From Alphaproteobacteria bacterium (GTDB lineage Bacteria > Pseudomonadota > Alphaproteobacteria > GCA-2731375), in assembly GCA_965232515.1 (NCBI GenBank), contig CBDDPY010000002.1, positions 4,352,001 through 4,416,000 of the forward strand: a DNA stretch of 64,000 bases. Direction: 5' to 3'. Positions 9,372 through 20,806 of the stretch are shown here, piece after piece. The notes under the pieces are model-generated. The model was not told where the DNA came from, ran no database searches, and worked only from the letters and a program-made list of their open reading frames with translations. Position 1 is the first letter of the stretch, and each line of letters starts with the position of its first letter. The translations under genes were made by a program, and so were the position numbers.

Positions 9372-10490
9372 CTAGAAGCTGATCTTGGTGCCGAAATAGC
9401 CGATGACGGCCTCGTTCTCCTGCGAGTCGTCACCCGCCGCGTCTTCGATCTCGACGAACTGCACACCACCGGCAAGCGTGATGCCCGGGCCGAGATTGTA
9501 GCTGCCCGCGATTTCGAAGCCGCTGAACTCGTCCTCGTCACCGCCGGAGACTTCCTGTTCGGTCATGACGTACATGACGCTGGCGCCCCACGGACCGGTC
9601 GTGTACTTCAGACTGACCGCGTAATCGTCGCGATCGCCATCGTCGTCCAGGCCGTTGTTGTTGTTGCGGTAGGCCGCGCCCAACGTAAAGCCGGCATAAC
9701 CCAACTCGCCGCCGAACGAATACTCCTCGAGATCGTCGGACGTCGTGGTGTCCGGTCCCTCGCGGTCGGCCTCACCGTAACTGGCCGAGAGCGCGACGCT
9801 GAAGTCGTTGAACTTCTGAATGTAGTTCGCGCCGATCTCGATGACTTCCGACTGCTGCCCGGTGTTTTCCTCGCTCTGGAAGCCGGAATAGGAACCGCCG
9901 CAGCTGCCGGCGCCGGTCGACTGAGAACGTTCCTCGCAGCGATCCGGCGTATAGGAGGCCGCGAGCTGAACGCCGAAGAGACGCGGCGTGAAATAGGTGA
10001 TCTTTTCGGAGTCGGACGTCTGGTTCGGCGGCGTCGCCGTCGTGGTCACACCCGCGCCCGTCGGCGCGGCGTAAAAACGGAAGTTCGGCGAGTTCAGACC
10101 GTCGGCCACCGAGGACACGCCGCGGTGCTGCAGATAAGGGCCGGAGTTTTCCTGGCCGATGTTGATGCGGCCGAATCCGCCCTCGAAGTAGATGAAGGAT
10201 TCGTCGATCTGGTCCGTGCAGGTCTCGGCCTCGAGCTGCACCTGGACACCGACCTCGATGCCGTTGTCGAGCGTCGTCTTGCCGTTGAAGATGATTTCCG
10301 CTTCGCGGAAGAGCCCGTGCTCGCGGCGGCCCGCGGCACCTTCACCATCACCGTCGTCCTCATCGCCGACGGCGAAAAACGCCTGGAAATAACCCCCGAC
10401 GCCCAATTGAATCTTGTCGGCGGCAACAGCGCCACTGGCCAGCATCCCGGCTGCGACCATCGACGTCGTGCCAAACAGCAACTTCTTCAT
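9372..10490 (-). CDS. Outer-membrane porin, paralogue 2
   Basis: MKKLLFGTT signal peptide, colinear with porins 1 and 3, C-terminal Phe. Confidence 0.92.
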   Translation of the reverse strand: MKKLLFGTTSMVAAGMLASGAVAADKIQLGVGGYFQAFFAVGDEDDGDGEGAAGRREHGLFREAEIIFNGKTTLDNGIEVGVQVQLEAETCTDQIDESFIYFEGGFGRINIGQENSGPYLQHRGVSSVADGLNSPNFRFYAAPTGAGVTTTATPPNQTSDSEKITYFTPRLFGVQLAASYTPDRCEERSQSTGAGSCGGSYSGFQSEENTGQQSEVIEIGANYIQKFNDFSVALSASYGEADREGPDTTTSDDLEEYSFGGELGYAGFTLGAAYRNNNNGLDDDGDRDDYAVSLKYTTGPWGASVMYVMTEQEVSGGDEDEFSGFEIAGSYNLGPGITLAGGVQFVEIEDAAGDDSQENEAVIGYFGTKISF

Positions 10491-10624
10491 GACGAGCGTA
10501 CCTTTCCTGTCTCGTGTCGTCACATACCTGAAATACTTTGTATTTACATGATTTTTCGTACATTCCCGGCCGATGACGTCAAAGTCAACGCGCAAGTCTG
10601 ACGGGCATTGAAATGCCCGCGAAC

Positions 10625-10642
10625 TGTGTCGAAAAAGGCACA
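10625..10642. promoter_or_regulatory. TGT-N12-ACA motif upstream of porin 2 (within CTGTGT-N10-ACACAG)
   Basis: Starts 37 nt from TTGAC (10588-10584). Confidence 0.55.
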
Positions 10643-10778
10643 CAGCGGCGGCACCCGGGCTGCCGGGCGCTTGAGCAGCGATGGTCAGGATAGGTCGAAC
10701 CGGGCTATCGGATCGGGCGGCGAAATGGGCGCCGCGTCAGCTCCGGCGTGGCTGATATCAGCGTGCGATCAACAGACG

Positions 10779-10810
10779 AAAAACGGGGCGGATGACAATC
10801 CGCCCCGTTT
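10779..10810 (-). terminator. Intrinsic terminator of porin 3
   Basis: AAAAA-CGGGGCGGAT-GACA-ATCCGCCCCG-TTT. Confidence 0.88.
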
Positions 10811-10835
10811 CCGTCTTCAAACCGAATGGATCGGT

Positions 10836-11951
10836 TTAGAAGCTCAGCTTGGTGCCGACATAACCGATGACGGCCTCGTTCTCCTGAGCCTCGACGTTGG
10901 CGGCATCCTCGATGTCAGCCCACTGCACACCAGCAATCATGGTGATGCCCGGGCCGAGGTTGTAGCTGCCAGCCAGCTCGAAGCCCTCGTACTCGTCTTC
11001 GTCGCTGCTCGGACCAGTCTCGAGCTCGGACGTGGCATACATCACGGAGACGCCCCACGGGCCCGTGGTGTACTTCAGGCTGACGGCAAAGTCGTCACGG
11101 TCGCCATCATCATCGACGCCGTTGTTGTCCTCGCCGTAAGCAATGCCGAACGCGAAGCCGGCATAACCCAGCTCGCCGCCGACCGACCATTCTTCACGGT
11201 CGTCCGACGTCGTGGTGTCCGGGCCTTCGCGATCCGCCTCGCCGTAACTGGCCGAGGCCGCCACGCTGAAGTCGTTAAACTTCTGCACGTAGTTGGCGCT
11301 GATCTCGATGACTTCCGACTGCTGGCCGGTGTTTTCCTCGCTCTGGAAGCCAGAGTAGGAACCGCCGCAGCTGCCGGCGCCGGTCGACTGCGACCGCTCT
11401 TCGCAGTTGTCAGGCGTGTAGGACGCGCTGAGCTCGAAGCCGAAGAAACGCGGCGTGAAGTACGTGAGCTTCTCCGCGTCCGAGGTCATGTTCGGCGGCG
11501 TCGCGGTGGTGTTGATGCCACCCGGCGCGGCCCAGATCCGGAAGTTCGGCGAGTTCAGGCCGAGACCGACCGAGCTGGTGCCACGGTGCTGCAGGTAAGC
11601 ACCCGAGTTCTCCGCACCGATGTTGACGCGGCCCCAGGCACCCTCGAAGTAGATGAACGATTCGTCGATCTGGTCCGTGCAGGTCTCGGCTTCGAGCTGC
11701 ACCTGGACACCGACCTCGAGACCGTTGTCGAGCGTGGTCTTGCCGTTGAAGATGATTTCACCCTCGCGGAACAGACCGTGCTCACGGCGGCCATCGGCAC
11801 CCTCGCCGTCGCCGTCGTCCTCATCACCTACAGCGAAGACGGCTTGGAAATAGCCCCCCACGCCGAGCTGGATCTTGTCGGCGGCAAAAGCGCTATTGGC
11901 CAAGCAACCCGCGGCCACCAGCGCCGTTGTGCCGTACAACAGCTTTTTCAT
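10836..11951 (-). CDS. Outer-membrane porin, paralogue 3
   Basis: MKKLLYGTTALVAAG signal peptide, SD AGAGAGG, C-terminal Phe. Confidence 0.92.
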   Translation of the reverse strand: MKKLLYGTTALVAAGCLANSAFAADKIQLGVGGYFQAVFAVGDEDDGDGEGADGRREHGLFREGEIIFNGKTTLDNGLEVGVQVQLEAETCTDQIDESFIYFEGAWGRVNIGAENSGAYLQHRGTSSVGLGLNSPNFRIWAAPGGINTTATPPNMTSDAEKLTYFTPRFFGFELSASYTPDNCEERSQSTGAGSCGGSYSGFQSEENTGQQSEVIEISANYVQKFNDFSVAASASYGEADREGPDTTTSDDREEWSVGGELGYAGFAFGIAYGEDNNGVDDDGDRDDFAVSLKYTTGPWGVSVMYATSELETGPSSDEDEYEGFELAGSYNLGPGITMIAGVQWADIEDAANVEAQENEAVIGYVGTKLSF

Positions 11952-12102
11952 TGGAATGTACCTCTCTGATGTCGTCGTCTTACGCGTAAAACGAACACGA
12001 AGTTAACGGGTTGAATTCTCTCATTAACCCAACGGTATAGAGCCGATCTCACATCTAAAGGTCAAGCGCTAGACCCTTTGAATTGTGTCGAAAATCGCTC
12101 AC

Positions 12103-12120
12103 TGTTGCGAATACGCAACA
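12103..12120. promoter_or_regulatory. Perfect palindrome TGTTGCG-AATA-CGCAACA (TGT-N12-ACA) upstream of porin 3
   Basis: Starts 38 nt from TTGAC (12065-12061); a degenerate second copy lies at 12084-12101. Confidence 0.65.
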
Positions 12121-12237
12121 TGGCCAAATCAGGGCAAATGCGGCAAATTCGAGACCCCGGCACGGCACGATGACGGCCGAACCGTATTGTATAGGCGCCG
12201 CGCCGACCCCGCCAACAGCGTCGAACAAGGATCGTTC

Positions 12238-12864
12238 GTGCCCCTGTCCTTTCTGGTAATCGACGACTTCTACACCGATCCGCATGCCATTCGGCAGACG
12301 GCGCTGTCGCTGGACTACCCGGCGCCGAAGTCGCCGCCGAACTTCCCCGGCCGCAACTCGCGGCAGAAACTGCTGGTGAAGGGCATCGAGGAGATCGTCT
12401 CGGGTCTGGTCAACGAGCCGCTGGTCGGCAGCACCCGCGACGCGCATGGCCATTGCCGCATCTCGCTGGCCGACGACGACGCCAAACGCCGTTACTACGT
12501 ACATATCGACCCGACCGCCGACTGGTCGGGCATCCTCTACCTCAGCCTGCCCGAGGATTGCCGGGGCGGCACCGAGTTCTATCGCCACAAGGAACTCGAC
12601 AGCGACCGCGCGCCGATCTACGAGCACGAAATCAAGGCCTTGGGCGCCAGCAGCTATCCGGAAGCCGCCGACAAGATCATCCAGCGCGACAGCAACGATC
12701 TGTCCAAGTGGGACCACCTGATGACCATTCCGATGCGGTTCAACCGGCTCATCCTGCTACGCCCGTGGCTGTGGCATACGGCCGGACCGTCGTTCGGCAA
12801 CAGCCTGGAGAACGGCCGACTGGTGCAGCTGTTCTTCTTCGCGCGGAAGCCGGCCCAGGGCTGA
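12238..12864 (+). CDS. 2OG-Fe(II) oxygenase-like protein (DUF6445-like)
   Basis: VIDDFY, HID...WSGILYL, GGTEFY, FNRLIL, WH, GRLVQLFF give an HxD...H triad plus Arg; GTG start inferred. Confidence 0.75.
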   Translation: MPLSFLVIDDFYTDPHAIRQTALSLDYPAPKSPPNFPGRNSRQKLLVKGIEEIVSGLVNEPLVGSTRDAHGHCRISLADDDAKRRYYVHIDPTADWSGILYLSLPEDCRGGTEFYRHKELDSDRAPIYEHEIKALGASSYPEAADKIIQRDSNDLSKWDHLMTIPMRFNRLILLRPWLWHTAGPSFGNSLENGRLVQLFFFARKPAQG

Positions 12865-12875
12865 ACGACGCGGCG

Positions 12876-13709
12876 ATGGGCGGAATCATCTGGCTGGCGT
12901 CGTATCCGAAATCCGGCAATACCTGGCTGCGGGCCTTTCTGCACAACCTGCTGACCAATCCGCGAACGCCGGCGCAGCCGGACGAGTTGGCCCGCTTTAC
13001 GCTGAGCGAAAACGACAAGGGCTGGTACGACCAGGTCAACGGCGCGCCGGTCGACGGCTTGACCTCCGCGGAAACGATCCGCATGCGGCCGGACGTGCAC
13101 CGGCGGATGACCGCGAGCAGCCCGGACTCGGTGTTCGTGAAAACCCACAGCTATCTGGGCGAAGCCCACGGCACGCCGCTGATCACCATGGATGTGACGG
13201 CCGGCGCCATCTACGTGGTGCGCAATCCGTTGGACGTGGTGCTGTCGATGACCGCGCATTACGGCATCGACATCGCGCAGGCGATCGAGACCATCAACAC
13301 CCCACGCGAGTCGGTCGCCGACGCGGCACATGTGGTCGAAGTGATGGGCACCTGGAGCCGGCACGTCGAGAGTTGGACGGCGCAGCCCAATCCCGGCCTT
13401 TTGGTACTGCGCTACGAGGACCTGCTGGCGAAACCGCGCAAGCACTTCGGCGCCGTCGCCAACTTCCTTGGCCTGACGCCGTCGCGTGAACGTTTGGACC
13501 GGGCGATCCGATTCTGTTCGTTCAAGACACTGCAGCGCCTCGAGGACCGGCACGGCTTTCGCGAGCGCAGCCCCAGCGCGCCCCGGTTCTTCCGCACTGG
13601 CAAGGCAGAGCAATGGCGGGAAAAGCTTGATGAGAGCCAGGTACGCCGGATCGTCGAGACGCACCGCGCACAGATGGCGCGCTTCGGCTACGTGCCGGAC
13701 GGGCTCTAA
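12876..13709 (+). CDS. PAPS-dependent sulfotransferase
   Basis: WLASYPKSGNTW (5'-PSB), VKTH, VRNPLDVVLS (3'-PB), RYEDL, FFRTG. Confidence 0.92.
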   Translation: MGGIIWLASYPKSGNTWLRAFLHNLLTNPRTPAQPDELARFTLSENDKGWYDQVNGAPVDGLTSAETIRMRPDVHRRMTASSPDSVFVKTHSYLGEAHGTPLITMDVTAGAIYVVRNPLDVVLSMTAHYGIDIAQAIETINTPRESVADAAHVVEVMGTWSRHVESWTAQPNPGLLVLRYEDLLAKPRKHFGAVANFLGLTPSRERLDRAIRFCSFKTLQRLEDRHGFRERSPSAPRFFRTGKAEQWREKLDESQVRRIVETHRAQMARFGYVPDGL

Positions 13710-15580
13710 TCGGCCTTGAAATCGTGGGCCACGCCCTCGCGGTCGAGAGCGGCGGCGAGCGGCGCCAGGTAACCGGCATAGCGCCGCCAACGGCCGACCG
13801 AACCGCGATAAATCGGCCGCCGGACCTGGTCATAGCTGGCGGTGCGCACGAAGCGGCGGTTCTCGTAGTAGCGCAGGCAGGCCGGATCCCAATCGAGGCC
13901 GAGGAAGTCGATCATCCGGCGGCTGACCGTTTCGAGATCCTCGACCAGGTCCTCATAGGCCACCGTCAGGATCGCCGGGCCGAGGCCGTCGCACCAGTGG
14001 GACATCACCCGTTCGAGCCCGGCATAGTAGGCGGCAAGCGCGTCGAAGCCGGTGCTGTAGGGCAGCCGTTCGCCGAAATTCTGGGTGAAGCAGGACCAGC
14101 AGGTGTCGAGCGGGTCGCGGCGGCAATAGATCACCCGGGCGGCCGGGAACACCTGGGCGATCAGGCCGAGGCGAAGGGCGTTGGCCGGCTGCTTGTCGAC
14201 GACCCGCTCGGCGGCGCCGGCGAGCGCCGTCAGACGGCCGACCTGACGCGCGGCGATGTCGTCAAGCTGCGCCGGCGTGAGCCCGCCGACCTCGTGCGGA
14301 TAGGCCAGCGGCAGTTCGCGGGAGAGGTCGAGGATATCGGGCAGTTCGCCGGCGCCAAAAACGGCGGGATGCGACGCCAGGATCTGCTCGACCAGGCTGG
14401 TGCCCGAACGCGGCATGCCGACGACATAGACCGGCTTGGGCCAGGCGTTGGCGGCCTTGGGCAAATGCGCGAAGTCGGCATAGGCCGTCAGCAGCGCCGT
14501 CACCGCCTCGCGGTGCGCGGCCGGATTGAACCGCGCCGCCGTCAGCGCATTGCCGGCGACATAATGGTCGAAGGCGCGGCCGACCTTGTCGGCCCGGTCA
14601 TAGAGGCCGGCCAGCGCGAAATGCAGTTGCTGACGCGCCGCCTCGCTTTGGCCATCACCGGCCAGGCAGCGTTCGCCCAGACGCAGCGCCCGATCGATGG
14701 CGCCGGCATCGTCGAGCCGGTCGGCGATGCCGACAGAAACGGCCGCGACCAACGCGCTGCCGCTGCCGCGGTCAAGCGCGGGCTGCAGCGCCGCTCGCGC
14801 GGCGTCGACATCGCCCCGTCGCTGGCAAACGCTGGCCAGCACGGCTCGGACATCGTCCTGTTCCGGCGCCATCTCCAGCGCCCTGCGGCACAACGCCAGC
14901 GCCGCCTCGATATCGCCACGGTCGCGGAGCGCGCTCGCCATGTTGGCCATGACCGGCACGTAATCCGGCTTGAGCTGCAGCGCCGTCGCATAGGCGTCGA
15001 CCGCCTCGTCGGCCCGGCCAAGTCGCTGCAGGGTGCTGGCGAGCGCCGCGAACAACGCCGGATCGTTGTCGATTTCGGCGATGGCGACCCGGAATGCCGA
15101 GACGGCGGCGTCGAGCCGGCCCAGCGAGAGCAACGTCTCGGCGTGCTTGGCCGCCAGCACGCCATCGTCGGGCCGTGCCTGGCGGGCCCGCGCAAACTCG
15201 ATCTCCGCCGCGTCCGGCGCGCCGCGCAATGCCAGGACGCTGCCGAGGTGGGCAGCGTATTCGGGCGCCTCCGGCTGCAGGGCCAGAGCTTGTCGGAAGC
15301 TCGCCTCGGCGGCCGAGAAGTCGCCGGCGGCGACCAACACCAGGCCAAGATTGGCGTGATAGGCCGGATTGTCCGGTACGATCCCGATGGCGTGGCGAAT
15401 GCGCCGCAAACCCGCACCGTGATTGCCGCGCTGGTGCTCGACCAGGCCGAGCAGATGGTGGGCATCGGCAAGACCGGGCCGGCGCGCCAGCACGTCGGCA
15501 TAGAGCGACGCGGCCGTCGGCAGGTCGCCGGCGCGATGGCGCGCCACGGCGCGGCGCATCAGACCGTCGATCTCGCTCAT
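13706..15580 (-). CDS. TPR-repeat sulfotransferase
   Basis: Multiple N-terminal TPRs; VGMPRSGTSLVEQILASHP, RDPLDTCWS, YEDLV, VRTASYDQVR. Confidence 0.92.
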   Translation of the reverse strand: MSEIDGLMRRAVARHRAGDLPTAASLYADVLARRPGLADAHHLLGLVEHQRGNHGAGLRRIRHAIGIVPDNPAYHANLGLVLVAAGDFSAAEASFRQALALQPEAPEYAAHLGSVLALRGAPDAAEIEFARARQARPDDGVLAAKHAETLLSLGRLDAAVSAFRVAIAEIDNDPALFAALASTLQRLGRADEAVDAYATALQLKPDYVPVMANMASALRDRGDIEAALALCRRALEMAPEQDDVRAVLASVCQRRGDVDAARAALQPALDRGSGSALVAAVSVGIADRLDDAGAIDRALRLGERCLAGDGQSEAARQQLHFALAGLYDRADKVGRAFDHYVAGNALTAARFNPAAHREAVTALLTAYADFAHLPKAANAWPKPVYVVGMPRSGTSLVEQILASHPAVFGAGELPDILDLSRELPLAYPHEVGGLTPAQLDDIAARQVGRLTALAGAAERVVDKQPANALRLGLIAQVFPAARVIYCRRDPLDTCWSCFTQNFGERLPYSTGFDALAAYYAGLERVMSHWCDGLGPAILTVAYEDLVEDLETVSRRMIDFLGLDWDPACLRYYENRRFVRTASYDQVRRPIYRGSVGRWRRYAGYLAPLAAALDREGVAHDFKAD

Positions 15581-15756
15581 GACGGGCCGATCCGGCACGG
15601 CGGCGGCCGCGCGATCATGCCTTTCGGTCGGCGGGAAGATGCGGTAAGACTTGCCATATTGCCGGTGATGTTTACCTCTCCGGCAGCCGGTTTGGCGAGC
15701 GCCAAAGGCCGTGGTCGGCCGACAGGGCCGACGGACCCGGTTGCGCCGGGCAGCGA

Positions 15757-16350
15757 ATGAGCGATCGAAGACGCACGATGACGAAGGTCATGAGCATGCG
15801 AAAGCTATTACGGACAAGCGGCGTTGTGGCCAGTGCGGCCGCGGTGTTTGTGCTGGTGGGCTGCGAGAACGTGCCGGTGGAGCACGGCAACTATCCGCGC
15901 AAGGAATACGGCCGTCCGGTGAGCGATCCGTCGCAGCCGCGCGAAACCGTGTTCGGCCCCGGCGGCATCAACTTCATCGGCGGCAACGAAGGCCAGGAAG
16001 GCGCCACGACGGGCACCGGTGGCGGCATCGGCGTCAACAGCTTCTTGTGGCGCGCGTCGCTGGATACGCTGGCCTTCATGCCGTTGGCATCGGCCGATCC
16101 GTTCGGCGGCGTGATCATCACCGACTGGTACAGCCCGCCGGAAACGCCGAGCGAGCGGTTCAAAATGAACATCTACATCCTCGATACCCGACTCCGGGCC
16201 GACGGCCTGAAGGTCGCGGTGTTCCGGCAGGAACGCGGCGGCGCCGAGCAGTGGGCGGACGCCGCGGTCACGCCCGAAACCGCAGTCCAGCTCGAGAACG
16301 CCATCCTTACGCGGGCGCGGCAACTCCGGATCGACGCCTTCGCGCAATAG
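15757..16350 (+). CDS. DUF3576 lipoprotein (true start possibly 15778-15796)
   Basis: Lipobox VLVGC; VNSFLWRASLDTL, DPFGGVIITDWY; usual position upstream of leuS. Confidence 0.85.
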   Translation: MSDRRRTMTKVMSMRKLLRTSGVVASAAAVFVLVGCENVPVEHGNYPRKEYGRPVSDPSQPRETVFGPGGINFIGGNEGQEGATTGTGGGIGVNSFLWRASLDTLAFMPLASADPFGGVIITDWYSPPETPSERFKMNIYILDTRLRADGLKVAVFRQERGGAEQWADAAVTPETAVQLENAILTRARQLRIDAFAQ

Positions 16351-16452
16351 ATCCGGTTTCCGCCGCGACGGCCGCGCGCGACCGCGACGCGCGGCCCGCG
16401 ATCAATGACAACCAACAACGGTCGATGGCCGATCAATCGAGGACGAAGCGCC

Positions 16453-19006
<2,554 letters not shown>

Positions 19007-19014
<8 letters not shown>

Positions 19015-19534
19015 CCGGCGGAAATTCGGCCGGCTCGGCGTTTCACTGCTGCTGGGGCTGGCCGTCGCGGGTTGCGGCTTTCAACCTGTTTACAAAGGCG
19101 GCGCCCGCGGCGGCACCGTACCGCAGATGGCGGCGATTTCCGTCGCGCCCATCGACGACCGGCTGGGCCAGGTGGTCCGCAATCATCTGCTGGATCTACT
19201 GACGCCAAGGGGTGCGCCGGCGCGGCCGCTCTACCGGCTGGAGGTCGAACTGCGGGAGACCAAGGACGGCCTCGCACTGGAGCAGGACGAGAGCGTGACG
19301 CGGTTCAATCTCACCCTGCACGCCACCTTCGAGATGAACGACCTGCGCACGGATCAGACGATTCTGGAGGGCAAGACCCGCGCCATTGCGGCCTATAACG
19401 TGGTGCGGTCAGATTACGCCAACCTGATCGCCGAGCGTGATGCTCGGTCACGCTCGTCACAAGAGGTTGCGCAGGAAATTAAAACACGCATAGCGGTATA
19501 TTTTCGACGTCAACGACAGGTATCATTGCATTAA
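19007..19534 (+). CDS. lptE: LPS assembly lipoprotein LptE
   Basis: Lipobox [10 protein letters not shown]; leuS-lptE-holA synteny. Confidence 0.88.
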
Positions 19535-19564
19535 ATCAATCTTTGATTGAGAATTTTTTGATTA

Positions 19565-20596
19565 ATGCAATTAAAAAAGTATGAAATCGACAGATTCCTT
19601 GCCGACCCGCCGGCGGCGGTGAAGGCCGCGCTGATCTACGGCCCAGACAGCGGGCTGGTCCGCGAGCGGGCGCTGGCACTGCTGAAGACCATCGTCGGCG
19701 ACGTCGACGACCCCTTTCGGGTCGCCCAGGTCAGCCCGGCCAACTTGAAGGACGCGCCGTCGCTGCTGGCCGACGAGATTGCTGCCCTGTCCTTCACCGG
19801 CGGCCGGCGCGTGGTCTGGTTGCGCGCCGCCGGCAACGCCGAGACCGGTGCGGTCTCGCCCCTGCTGGATTCCGACGCTCCCGGCGATGGCTTCCTGCTG
19901 GTCCAGGCCGGTGCGCTGTCACGACGCGACCGGCTGACCAAGCTGTTCGAGGGATCAGACACAGCGGTCGCCATCCCGTGCTATCCCGACGAGGGCGCCG
20001 ATCTGGCCGAATTCGCCGCCCAAGCCCTCCAGCAGCACGGGCTTCGCATCCGGCCGGACGCGCTGGCCTATCTCGCCGACCGGCTGGGCGAGAACCGGCA
20101 GAACAATCGCAATGAACTGGAGAAGCTGTCTCTATATATGGGCAAGGATGGCGGCGAGATCGCGCTCGAAGATGTCGTCGCCTGCGTCGGCGATGCCGCG
20201 CCGTCGGCGTTGGATGACGTCACATTCGCGGCGACCGGCGGCGACCAGCGTGGTTTGGACCGCGCCTTATGGAGGTGCTTCGAGACCGGCACGAACGAGG
20301 TCGTCGTCCTGCGCGCCATCGGCCGGCATCTGCAGCGGCTGCATCTGAGCGCCAGCAAGATCGATCGGGGCATGTCGGCGGATCAGGCGATGAAGGCCCT
20401 GCGGCCGCCGGTGTTCTATAAGCACGCGGCCGCGTTTCGGGGGCAGTTGCAGCACTGGTCGCCAAACCGGCTGGGCCAGGCGATCGCCATCGTCACGCAG
20501 GCCGAACTCGACTGCAAATCGACCGGCATGCCGGCACGGTTGATCTGCAGCCGCGCGCTGATGCGGATCGCTCAGGCCGCCCGCGCCCGAAACTGA
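19565..20596 (+). CDS. holA: DNA polymerase III delta subunit
   Basis: LIYGPDSGLVRER, ELEKLSLY, PPVFYK; synteny. Confidence 0.92.
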   Translation: MQLKKYEIDRFLADPPAAVKAALIYGPDSGLVRERALALLKTIVGDVDDPFRVAQVSPANLKDAPSLLADEIAALSFTGGRRVVWLRAAGNAETGAVSPLLDSDAPGDGFLLVQAGALSRRDRLTKLFEGSDTAVAIPCYPDEGADLAEFAAQALQQHGLRIRPDALAYLADRLGENRQNNRNELEKLSLYMGKDGGEIALEDVVACVGDAAPSALDDVTFAATGGDQRGLDRALWRCFETGTNEVVVLRAIGRHLQRLHLSASKIDRGMSADQAMKALRPPVFYKHAAAFRGQLQHWSPNRLGQAIAIVTQAELDCKSTGMPARLICSRALMRIAQAARARN

Positions 20597-20699
20597 CGTC
20601 ATCCAGAAGCGCTACGACCGCCTCACTTTCCAACATTCCAATTGCATGAAGCGCGATCCGGTGACGTTTCGGATGCCTTCGTCGATAGCAACAATTCCC

Positions 20700-20786
20700 C
20701 GTCATCCTGGCGAAGGCCGGGATCCGTGTTTGTTGTTTTTCAATGCGATGCGACGCCGATGGATGCTGGCCTTCGCCAGGATGACG
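20700..20786. repeat. CGTC-type REP-like palindromic element
   Basis: CGTCATCCTGGCGAAGGCCGGGATCC ... GGATGCTGGCCTTCGCCAGGATGACG inverted pair between convergent holA and parB. Confidence 0.8.
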
Positions 20787-20806
20787 TCAGTGCCGGACGT
20801 CTCCGC

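Noticed and set aside
7711-10810. Three similar AAAAACGGGGCGG hairpins as a CRISPR or repeat array
   Set aside because: They are about 1.5 kb apart and are the terminators of the duplicated porins; no cas genes
16371-16396. GC hairpin upstream of leuS as a T-box or attenuator
   Set aside because: No T-box motif or U-tract, and the intergenic space is too short
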